NCBI GenBank assembly: GCA_033762115.1
Contig: JANRLX010000104.1
Span: forward strand, 1-12,597
Source of the DNA: Verrucomicrobiota bacterium
GTDB taxonomy: Bacteria > Verrucomicrobiota > Verrucomicrobiia > Limisphaerales > SXQI01
Length of the DNA stretch: 12,597 nucleotides
Reading direction: 5' to 3'
Every line of letters starts with the position of its first letter. Positions within the stretch are counted from its first letter, which is position 1. This document shows, one piece after another, positions 1 to 7,226 of the stretch. The position numbers were made by a program, and so were the translations under genes. A model generated the notes under the pieces. It saw nothing but the letters and a program-made list of their open reading frames with translations, was not told the DNA's origin and did not search any database.

Positions 1-932
1 AGATCATTGATTCCATAGGCGTAAAATTCTTCGAAGCGACTTCCCTGGACGAGTGTTGCCAGATCGACGAGGCCGAAATTCGGGTCCCAAAGAAAGGAGG
101 ACTGGCCGGTCAGTATGCCTGAAAGTCCGACGACCTGGCCGAGATTATTGATGCCGGTTGCCTTGCTGAAGTTTCCGCCGGGAAGAATTCCGAGTGGGGT
201 GGCGTTGCCGGGCCCTTGAAAGGTCACGGCCTGGATAAAGCCAAATTCATCATCGGCCCAACCGGCGACGACCCCGGCATCGTTAATACTGACTGCTTCG
301 CTGAAATTTCCGCCGGTGAGAGTGCCGAGGTCCACGAGAGCGCCACCGGACTGGCTGATAAAAGCGCGGTTGAACAAGGAGGCGTTTTCGGAGGTGCCGG
401 CAATCACGCCGGAATTATTGATATCGAAACCGCGGCTGAATGAGCCGCCCAAAGTGCCGAGGTCCTGCAACGAAGTTCCGTTATAAAAAAAGGCATGGCT
501 GGAGCCGCCAATGGTCCCGAACCCGGTGATCTGCCCTGCGTCGTTGATGCTGCGGGCGAAACTGTCTTCATCGGGGCCGAATGCGCCCAGGTCAATGGCG
601 CCGGAAGGATCAAAAATAACGGCGCGCTGGTAGCCGTTCCAGCTTTCCGAGCTTCCCACGATCGCGCCGGAACTGTTGATGCCCCAGGCCTGGGAGAAGC
701 GACCTCCCGGGAGAGGATCAAGGGGGGCAAGCGCACCGTTGTAAACAACGGCATTTTCAAAACCATCCGCATTGGAGCCGTAACCTGCAACGGTCCCGCT
801 GTTGTTGAGGTCCAATCCCTGTGAAATATCTCCGCCTGGCAAGGTGCCGATTTCAGTGACTGAATAAAAGGAGGGAGCGGCAAGGCAGGAGAAAGCCGAG
901 AGCGCGGTGCAGATAAAAGTAAAAACTTTCAC
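1..932 (-). CDS. Secreted HAF-repeat (probable extracellular repeat, beta-propeller-like) protein; 3' end outside the window
   Basis: Manual translation from GTG at 932 is open to the window edge: MKVFTFICTALSAFSCLA|APSFYSVTEIGTLPGGDISQGLDLNNSGTVAG...SHAFFYNGTSLQDLGTLGGSFSRGFDINNSGVIAGTS...AYGIND. It has a signal peptide and seven ~40-45 aa units with (I/L)N(N/D/S)xG-x-V/I-xG, several with DLGTL, plus an HAF motif. Absent from the ORF track because there is no stop in the window. Confidence 0.9.
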   Translation of the reverse strand, partial: MKVFTFICTALSAFSCLAAPSFYSVTEIGTLPGGDISQGLDLNNSGTVAGYGSNADGFENAVVYNGALAPLDPLPGGRFSQAWGINSSGAIVGSSESWNGYQRAVIFDPSGAIDLGAFGPDEDSFARSINDAGQITGFGTIGGSSHAFFYNGTSLQDLGTLGGSFSRGFDINNSGVIAGTSENASLFNRAFISQSGGALVDLGTLTGGNFSEAVSINDAGVVAGWADDEFGFIQAVTFQGPGNATPLGILPGGNFSKATGINNLGQVVGLSGILTGQSSFLWDPNFGLVDLATLVQGSRFEEFYAYGIND

Positions 933-1025
933 TTAAACTTAACTTTTGTATGCGATCAGGCACACCATTTGTGACAAATCGCATAATCAGGATGGATTGT
1001 CAAACAATTGCGAGAGGTATTTGGT

Positions 1026-1691
1026 TCATGCGAGGAGGTGGACCGGGATAGTGTCGAATGGGAGATAAGTGTAATTGGGATTTTTAGAGATGGAAGGAGC
1101 GGGTTGTTCCTCGGTTTCGGATGGGGATTCGGTCAATGGCTGGGTAGTTGGAGCGGTGGGTGGGTCGGACGGCGATGGGGTTTCAGCAGCGGATGGGCTG
1201 GGTAGAGGTGACGGGAGGGTGAGGATGTTTTCGGTTGAATCAGAATTTTTTAAATTTTCTGAGTTTTTTGCATTTACCGCTTCCTGATTTGCGGGTTGGA
1301 AGGGTTGGGTAGCCTTTAAAAGGCGTTTCTGTTCGGCGAGGGCAAATTTCTTTTCGGCCAGGTCCTGTTTGCGTTCTGCAAGAGTGAGTTTTCGTTCGAC
1401 AGAGGATTGTTTTCTTTCGGCCATTTCCCCTTTGAGAAGTTTTTCGATGGCAGTGGCGCAGGTGAGGAGATCGTCCGGGGAACAGGGTTTGTGCAACCTG
1501 TCATGCAACATTTGCCAGAGTTTGGCGATGACAGATTCCGGGGTGATGGTTGCTGGAGAAGTCTCTTTTGGAGTGACGAGGGGAGCGGAAGCCAAAGTTG
1601 AAGGGGGAAGGATTTCCTGGGGGAGGGAAGCGGAGAGGGCGGCTTTTTGCTGGTTCTGGAGGAGTTTACGGAGACGTTTACGTTTGCTCAT
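1026..1691 (-). CDS. Hypothetical protein: basic N-terminus, central heptad coiled coil, Pro/Ser/Thr-rich low-complexity flanks
   Basis: 223-aa ORF in the track (TTG at 1697); ATG at 1691 gives MSKRKRLRKLL. It fills the gap between two AT-rich intergenic regions and contains ERKQSSV-ERKLTLA-ERKQDLA-EKKFALA-EQKRLLK. No family recognised with confidence. Confidence 0.65.
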   Translation of the reverse strand: MSKRKRLRKLLQNQQKAALSASLPQEILPPSTLASAPLVTPKETSPATITPESVIAKLWQMLHDRLHKPCSPDDLLTCATAIEKLLKGEMAERKQSSVERKLTLAERKQDLAEKKFALAEQKRLLKATQPFQPANQEAVNAKNSENLKNSDSTENILTLPSPLPSPSAAETPSPSDPPTAPTTQPLTESPSETEEQPAPSISKNPNYTYLPFDTIPVHLLA

Positions 1692-2019
1692 ATACAAATC
1701 AAGTTAAGTTATAATGAGCAGAGTAGAACAAAAGGTGGAACAGATGTCAACTAAAAATGTTTAATAAAAAGCGGATAATGGTTTAGTGTTGCTAATTTAA
1801 CATTTTTTTGGGGGGTTGCTCTCGGGATCAATGTGAATGAAAAAAGGTTGGATTTGTCCATTTATTGGACAGTTCTGGATGAAAAATAATCATGATATAA
1901 ACTGTTTATTATAAGCAATTTATGATATTTAAAAATAGATTAAAAAAAGTGTCTTGAGACAGTTAAGGAGGGTGAAAATATGCCGATGAGATTTGCAGGG
2001 TCAGGGAAGGCCCCAGCAA
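1692..2019. promoter_or_regulatory. AT-rich divergent promoter region with palindromic candidate binding sites
   Basis: Marked AT enrichment between divergently oriented genes. Contains TGTCCA-tttat-TGGACA (1855-1871), an imperfect 27-bp palindrome (1897-1923) and a minus-strand TTGACA at 1750-1745. Confidence 0.5.
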
Positions 2020-3150
2020 ATGAACAGATTAGCATATTGGCGAAAGGGATGTCGGTGGATACTGGCGTTGTGCTGCTCATTGTGGCTGGCGAGGAGTGAA
2101 GGGGCTGAGATTGGAATTGCTTCAATTGCTTCAGGGGGTGAATCGGTTCGGTTGAGCTGGGACCCGAACCTGGAACCGCAGGTGGTGGGATATAATCTTT
2201 ATTACCGAAGCCTCAATTCCGGTTATGAGAAGGTAAATGTGGGGGGTGACACCTCGGTGACGTTGAGCGGTTTGGAGCGGGGGATGGCATATGAATTTTA
2301 TGTGACGGCATTCACGGCTGAGAATGTGGAGAGTGATCCTTCCAGCGAATTGCGGTTTAAGGTGGGAAATCGCGCGCCGGAAGCGGATGACCTGATGGTG
2401 CAGGGGGTGGAGGATTCGAGCCTGGTTTTTGAATTGTCCGGAAGGGATGAGGATGGGGATGCGTTGACGGTGGTGACAGTGAAGATGCCGGAGCATGGGC
2501 AGTTGAGCAGTTTGGAGGAGGGAGTGGTCTATCAGCCTGGTAAAGATTTTGTGGGAATTGATTCATACCAATATGTGGTGACGGATGGGTATGCGACTTC
2601 GAGGGTGGCCACGGTGACATTCCAGGTGGAGGGGGTGAATGATCTTCCTGTGGCGGGAGCGGATTTCGTTTCGGCAAGCGGTGGAGCGGTCAAGGTGATT
2701 TCGTTGGGGGCCCTGATTGGAAATGATTGGGATGCTGAGGGGGAGGGTTTGGCGATTACGGCGGTTTCCGGATCGCGGTTTGGAGGAGTGGTGAGCTTGA
2801 ACGGCGGTGAGGTGCATTACACAGCTTCGGAGGGGTATGTGGGTTTGGATCAATTTACCTATGAAGTGAGTGACGGGCAGGGAGGAAAGAGTTTGGGGAT
2901 TGTTCATGTGCGTGTGAGGAGGGAAGGGGAGGCGGAGGGCGGGCCGGGAATCGAGTGTTTGCTGGATGGCGCGATGCTGGTGCGGTTCAGCGGGACAGCC
3001 GGAATGATCTATGAAGTGCAGGGGTCGGAGGACCTGACCCGGTGGGAAGTTTTGGGAGATACGACGGTGTCAGAGAACGGGATAGGAGAATTTGTGGATG
3101 CGGAAGCGGTGAAGTGTTTGAGCCGGTATTACCGCTGGAAAAAGAAATAA
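2020..3150 (+). CDS. Secreted fibronectin type III + tandem Ig/cadherin-like (Big_9-type) domain protein with a C-terminal 'S-x-DL-xx-W...RYYR' domain
   Basis: Signal-like N-terminus (WILALCCSLWLARSEGA). FN3 motifs: VRLSWDPN..VVGYNLYY..VTLSGLERGMAYEFYVTAF..ESDPS. Two Ig/cadherin-like repeats: NRAPEA..EDS..DEDGDALT..PEHGQL..YQPGKDFVGIDSYQYVVTDG and NDLPVAGAD..NDWDAEG..YVGLDQFTYEVSDGQGG. Start ATG 2020 preferred over TTG 1993. Confidence 0.85.
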   Translation: MNRLAYWRKGCRWILALCCSLWLARSEGAEIGIASIASGGESVRLSWDPNLEPQVVGYNLYYRSLNSGYEKVNVGGDTSVTLSGLERGMAYEFYVTAFTAENVESDPSSELRFKVGNRAPEADDLMVQGVEDSSLVFELSGRDEDGDALTVVTVKMPEHGQLSSLEEGVVYQPGKDFVGIDSYQYVVTDGYATSRVATVTFQVEGVNDLPVAGADFVSASGGAVKVISLGALIGNDWDAEGEGLAITAVSGSRFGGVVSLNGGEVHYTASEGYVGLDQFTYEVSDGQGGKSLGIVHVRVRREGEAEGGPGIECLLDGAMLVRFSGTAGMIYEVQGSEDLTRWEVLGDTTVSENGIGEFVDAEAVKCLSRYYRWKKK

Positions 3151-3166
3151 TGGAGTGGGTGCAATC

Positions 3167-3228
3167 CTGTAGGGGAGGTAGGGGAATCCTGTAACCGAAA
3201 CGTAACGTTAGCGACGAATTTTCGTCAC
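3167..3228 (+). promoter_or_regulatory. Pho-box-like (PhoB/OmpR-family) direct repeats in 11-bp phase upstream of the TonB operon
   Basis: CTGTAAC-cgaa-ACGTAAC (3189-3206) resembles the E. coli Pho box CTGTCAT-A(A/T)A(T/A)-CTGT(C/A)A(C/T). The GT cores at 3169, 3191, 3202 and 3224 (GTCAC) are all multiples of 11 apart. Confidence 0.5.
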
Positions 3229-3251
3229 GCCCGGTGCCCAGTGTCTGCCCA

Positions 3252-4010
3252 ATGATTTGGACCAGACTGGCCCTTGCACTCTTTTTGTCGTTTTCGGCTG
3301 CCGCTGTGACCGGTGCGGAAAACTCCTTAAATGACACGCGTTCAACGCTTCAGCAATGGGTTGAGACGCGGCAGTTGATTTCCCGGACGCAGACCGACTG
3401 GCAGAGCGACAAGGAAATGCTCCAGCAGACTATCGACCTTTTTGGCCGGGAGTTAAGCCAGGTGGAGGAGCAGATGGGGAAGCTGAGCACGAACAATGTG
3501 CAGGTGGAGAAGGAGCGGGCGCAGGCGGAAGCGTTGTTAAAGGCATCGAACGAGGCGCTGGAGAAGATGAAGGCGTTTGCGGGGACATTTGAAGGGCAGA
3601 TCAAGGCATTATCCCCACGTCTCCCGCAGCCATTGCAGGAGGTGATCAAACCGCTGATGGCAAAATTCCCGAGCGAAGCATCGACGAAAATGGCTGTGAC
3701 TGAGCGGGTGCAGCTGCTGGTGGGAATTTTGAATGAACTGGACAAGTTCAACAACGCGGTGAGCGTGTTCAGCGAGAAGCAGAAGAATTCGAAGGGTGAG
3801 GAGATCGCAGTGGAGACGGTGTATGTGGGGCTGGGGGCGGCGTATTTCGTGAATGAGGCGAATGATTTTGCGGGGATGGGATCGCCCGGGGCGAATGGCT
3901 GGGAATGGGTGGCGAAGCCGGAGCTGGCTCCGGCGGTGAGAGAGATACTTCAAATATATCGCAATGAAAAGGGAGCCCGATTCGTGGGGCTGCCTGCGGC
4001 GATTCGTTAA
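3252..4010 (+). CDS. DUF3450-family (TtpB-like) periplasmic coiled-coil accessory protein of the TonB system
   Basis: Signal peptide MIWTRLALALFLSFSAAA, a long coiled coil, then ER..LNELDKFN..VETVYVGLGAAYFV..GWEW..FVGLP. Its position just before a large ExbB is typical of DUF3450. Start ATG 3252 preferred over GTG 3234. Confidence 0.8.
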   Translation: MIWTRLALALFLSFSAAAVTGAENSLNDTRSTLQQWVETRQLISRTQTDWQSDKEMLQQTIDLFGRELSQVEEQMGKLSTNNVQVEKERAQAEALLKASNEALEKMKAFAGTFEGQIKALSPRLPQPLQEVIKPLMAKFPSEASTKMAVTERVQLLVGILNELDKFNNAVSVFSEKQKNSKGEEIAVETVYVGLGAAYFVNEANDFAGMGSPGANGWEWVAKPELAPAVREILQIYRNEKGARFVGLPAAIR

Positions 4011-4029
4011 TCCAGTTGCTTTTTTACTG

Positions 4030-5460
4030 ATGAAACCGTGTTCCATCACTCGATTTGTTATGTCGAAATATTTTTCATTATTACTGGCTGGGCTGTTTCT
4101 GGGCTCGACGGGAGCGCAGGCGCAGGACCTTGAAAGTGTCTCTTCAGGGGCAGGGGCCGACCTGAAGAAGGCGCTGGAGGAGCTGACGGAGTTGCGGCAG
4201 CGGATCGAGGCTGAGCGGATGCCGCTGGCACGACAGGTGACGGATGCGGAGCAGAAGCTGGCGACGAGGAAAACGGAATTCGGGAAGGCGCAACGTTTCC
4301 AGGAAAATCAACTGGTGGAACTGAACGCGTTGAAAACGGAGGCGAGGAACCGCTCGGAGGAAGTGAAGTATGTGGAGTCGTTGCTGAGCGAATATGCACG
4401 GGCATTCCGGTCACGATTGAATTTCATCGAGGAGCCGCGGTATGTGGAATTGTTCGGGGCGGTGGAAAAAGCGGGATCAAACGCGGACATTTCGCCAGCG
4501 CAACGATTTGAGGAGCGGACTGCGTTGCTGACGCGGGCTCTGCAACGGAGTGAAGCGGCGTTGGGCGGGGAGGTGTTTGAAGGAAAGGCGTTGGACAAGC
4601 AGGGGCGTGTGCAGCAGGGAAAGGTGGCATTGATCGGGCCGGTGGCGACTTTCGCAAGTTCCTCGGGTGAGGTTGGAGGGTTGCTGCAACAGGAGTTGAA
4701 CAAGGCGGACCCGACGATTGTGTCAGTGAATGAAAAGCAGGATATCGGAGGACGCAAGCTGGTGACGACGGGAAACGGTGAACTGTCACTGGACCCGACA
4801 TTGGGAAATGCATTCAAACTTTCGGCATTACAGGAAACGCTTTATGAAAAAATCGCGGCGGGCGGTTTGGTGATGATCCCGTTGCTGGCGCTGGGGGCGG
4901 CAGCTTTGGTGGTGGCGCTGGTGAAATGGCTGCAATTGTCGCGCATCCGGCTGGCGACGGAGGCTGATCTGCAAAAGGTGTTGCGGCATATCGAGGCTGG
5001 AGAGCAGCAAAAGGCATTGGCGCATGCGCGGAGCATTCCGGGGCCTTCTGGAGATTTGCTGGCGACCGCGGTGGAACATTCGGATGAGAAGAGGGAGTAC
5101 ATCGAGGAAATTCTTTACGAGAAGATGCTGGGGGCGCGGGTGAAGCTGGAACGGGGGATAGCGTTCCTGGCGTTGTCAGCGACGACGGGGCCGTTGATGG
5201 GGTTGCTGGGAACGGTGATGGGGATGATCGCGACGTTCAAGTTGATTTCGAGTTTCGGAAGCGGCGACCCGAAGTTGCTGGCGTCCGGTATTTCTGAAGC
5301 GTTGATCGCGACGGCAACCGGCATGGCGGTGGCGATCCCGTCATTGTTGCTGCACGCCTTTTTGCACCGGAAAGCCAAGGGTGTGATCGGGAGCATGGAG
5401 CAGACCGCGGTGGGTTTTGTGAACGGGATTCCCGAAACGGCCAAGCACCCATTCGCGTAG
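4030..5460 (+). CDS. Large MotA/TolQ/ExbB proton-channel protein with N-terminal periplasmic coiled-coil extension (TtpC-like)
   Basis: Signal peptide (SLLLAGLFLGSTGAQA) and ~250 aa periplasmic region, then GGLVMIPLLAL TM1, GPLMGLLGTVMGMIATF and GISEALIATATGMAVAIP. Start is ATG 4030 or 4060; ATG 3964 overlaps the upstream gene. Confidence 0.92.
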   Translation: MKPCSITRFVMSKYFSLLLAGLFLGSTGAQAQDLESVSSGAGADLKKALEELTELRQRIEAERMPLARQVTDAEQKLATRKTEFGKAQRFQENQLVELNALKTEARNRSEEVKYVESLLSEYARAFRSRLNFIEEPRYVELFGAVEKAGSNADISPAQRFEERTALLTRALQRSEAALGGEVFEGKALDKQGRVQQGKVALIGPVATFASSSGEVGGLLQQELNKADPTIVSVNEKQDIGGRKLVTTGNGELSLDPTLGNAFKLSALQETLYEKIAAGGLVMIPLLALGAAALVVALVKWLQLSRIRLATEADLQKVLRHIEAGEQQKALAHARSIPGPSGDLLATAVEHSDEKREYIEEILYEKMLGARVKLERGIAFLALSATTGPLMGLLGTVMGMIATFKLISSFGSGDPKLLASGISEALIATATGMAVAIPSLLLHAFLHRKAKGVIGSMEQTAVGFVNGIPETAKHPFA

Positions 5461-5474
5461 GCGAAGCGGCTTCC

Positions 5475-6140
5475 ATGAACGAAACGTTGCAAAAAATTTG
5501 GCACACCTGGGAAACGGGTGGGCTGGTGATGGTGGCGCTGGCATTGGTGGCAGTGATCACTTATGCGACAGCGGCGCATTTGCTGATGTATTTGCACCGG
5601 CCAGGGTTGACCAAGGTGAGTGACGGGGACCTTGCACGCTGGGTGGCCAAGCCTGAGGAAGCGCCGAAATCGATCCGGGAAGTGATCCGCTATTCGCAGG
5701 ATGAGGCAAGATCGCTGATAGACATTGAGGGGAGGTTCCGGGAGGTGGAAGCGGCGGAGGTGCCGGACATGGACCGGCGACTGGTGTTTTTGAACATCAT
5801 GGTGGTTTCAGCGCCGTTGTTCGGGCTGCTGGGAACGGTGCTGGGAATGTTGCTGACGTTCAAGGCGATCGGGGTGGGTGGAAGTTCGACATCAGATGTC
5901 ATTGCGAAAGGGATCAGCGAAGCGCTGGTGGCGACGCAAACGGGGATGATGGTGGCGATCCCGGGGTTGATGCTGGCGCATGTGGCCAAGCGATGGAGGA
6001 ATGAGTATGTGGCGTTCCTGACGCGGTTGGAGGGGATCACGCTGCGGCATTTCCGAGCCCAGTTCCGAGGACAGATGACGCGGCAGTTTGCGAAGAACGA
6101 TTTTAAACAGAGCCCTGAAACCAAAACGAAAACGACATGA
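5475..6140 (+). CDS. exbB: MotA/TolQ/ExbB proton-channel protein (short ExbB)
   Basis: GGLVMVAL TM1, APLFGLLGTVLGMLLTF and GISEALVATQTGMMVAIPG. Its stop overlaps the exbD start (ATGA 6137-6140). Confidence 0.92.
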   Translation: MNETLQKIWHTWETGGLVMVALALVAVITYATAAHLLMYLHRPGLTKVSDGDLARWVAKPEEAPKSIREVIRYSQDEARSLIDIEGRFREVEAAEVPDMDRRLVFLNIMVVSAPLFGLLGTVLGMLLTFKAIGVGGSSTSDVIAKGISEALVATQTGMMVAIPGLMLAHVAKRWRNEYVAFLTRLEGITLRHFRAQFRGQMTRQFAKNDFKQSPETKTKTT

Positions 6141-6541
6141 GATTTCGTCGATCATTAAATGAGGCAGATGAACCGATCGAATTGAACCTGATCCCGCTAA
6201 TTGACGTGATCATGTTCCTGCTGATCTTTTTTATCTCGACGACAAGTTTCATCGAGGAGCCGGGGGTGAAGGTGGACAAGCCGCAGGCGGCGAGCGCGAG
6301 CCAGCTGGAAAAGAACAGCATTATTTTTGCGGTGACAAGCGATGGGAAGGTGGCTTACGGCGGGAAGGAAGTGGGGCTGGGCGGGGTGCGGCCCACGGTG
6401 AAACGGTTGTGCGCGAAGGAGCCGCTGCCGGTGGTGATTCAGTCTGACGAAAATGCGCGAACGGGGATGTTGATCCGTGTGATCGATGAGGCGAAGCTTG
6501 GCGGGGCGAAGGATGTAAGCCTGGCGACGGAACGGAATTGA
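6137..6541 (+). CDS. exbD: Biopolymer transport protein ExbD/TolR
   Basis: LNLIPLIDVIMFLLIFFISTTSF single TM carrying the conserved Asp, then VDKPQA..VVIQSDENARTGMLIRVIDEAKLGGAKDVSLA. Confidence 0.95.
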   Translation: MRFRRSLNEADEPIELNLIPLIDVIMFLLIFFISTTSFIEEPGVKVDKPQAASASQLEKNSIIFAVTSDGKVAYGGKEVGLGGVRPTVKRLCAKEPLPVVIQSDENARTGMLIRVIDEAKLGGAKDVSLATERN

Positions 6542-6550
6542 GGTTGAGGG

Positions 6551-7216
6551 ATGCGCAAGGTTTATCAGAACGAGAAACCGTCCGGCCATTTGTGGTTGTC
6601 CGTTTTTCTTTCGCTGCTTTCGACGGCGGTGTTGTTCGGGGTGATGCCGTTTGCGCATACGGTTGCCAAGCCGGACAAGGGTCTGGAGCTGAGGAAATCG
6701 AGCGTGGCGGATTTGCCGCCGCCGGTGGAGGAGGAATTGACGCCGCCGCCACCGGAGCCGGAAAAGACTGAGGAAGCAGCGCCGGAACCGACCTTGACGG
6801 AAGCGCCGCAGCAGCAGCTGGCATTGAGCGCGGATTTGGAAGTGGCGATGGGATCGGGCGGTGCGCTGGCGGGGCTGGGGGATGTGCGGAACACGCTGGC
6901 GACGGAGGAACTGGGGACGGAGAACCTGGAATCCGAAGAGATGGAGAAGCAGCCGCAGGTGATTTCGCAAACGCCGCCGATTTACCCGCGAGAGCTGGCC
7001 AAGAGCCGGATCAGCGGTTCGGTGCGAATCCTGATGATGGTGGGGCCGGATGGAAAAGTGATCGACCCGAGAATTGAAAATTCGAGCCGTCCGGAATTTG
7101 AAAAACCGGCGCTGGATGCGGTGCGGAAATGGCGTTTCAGCCCGGGAATACGGGATGGGCAACCGGTGACAGCGCCGGCGAGCCTGACGATGCGATTTGA
7201 TCCACCCACAAAGTAG
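6551..7216 (+). CDS. tonB: Energy transducer TonB
   Basis: N-terminal TM anchor, Pro/Glu-rich linker (LPPPVEEELTPPPPEPE) and a TonB C-terminal domain (PPIYP..GSVRILMMVGPDGKV..SSRPEFEKPALDAVRKWRFSPG..GQPV). GAGG upstream of the ATG. Confidence 0.93.
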   Translation: MRKVYQNEKPSGHLWLSVFLSLLSTAVLFGVMPFAHTVAKPDKGLELRKSSVADLPPPVEEELTPPPPEPEKTEEAAPEPTLTEAPQQQLALSADLEVAMGSGGALAGLGDVRNTLATEELGTENLESEEMEKQPQVISQTPPIYPRELAKSRISGSVRILMMVGPDGKVIDPRIENSSRPEFEKPALDAVRKWRFSPGIRDGQPVTAPASLTMRFDPPTK

Positions 7217-7226
7217 GAGATTTTTT

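Noticed and set aside
216..883. Track ORFs 216..443(+), 404..883(-) and 495..824(+)
   Set aside because: Alternative-frame or antisense shadows of the HAF-repeat CDS, which has a signal peptide and clear repeats in another minus frame.
1717..1742. GAACA direct repeat (1726, 1738) as a possible LexA box
   Set aside because: It is neither the TGTTC-N4-GAACA palindrome described for Verrucomicrobia nor GAAC-N7-GAAC; the spacer here is 8.
4030..7216. Tol-Pal, flagellar MotAB or gliding-motor identity for the motor genes
   Set aside because: No TolB/Pal, OmpA-like MotB or gliding-motility partners are present. A true TonB C-terminal domain and an adjacent receptor fit a TonB system.
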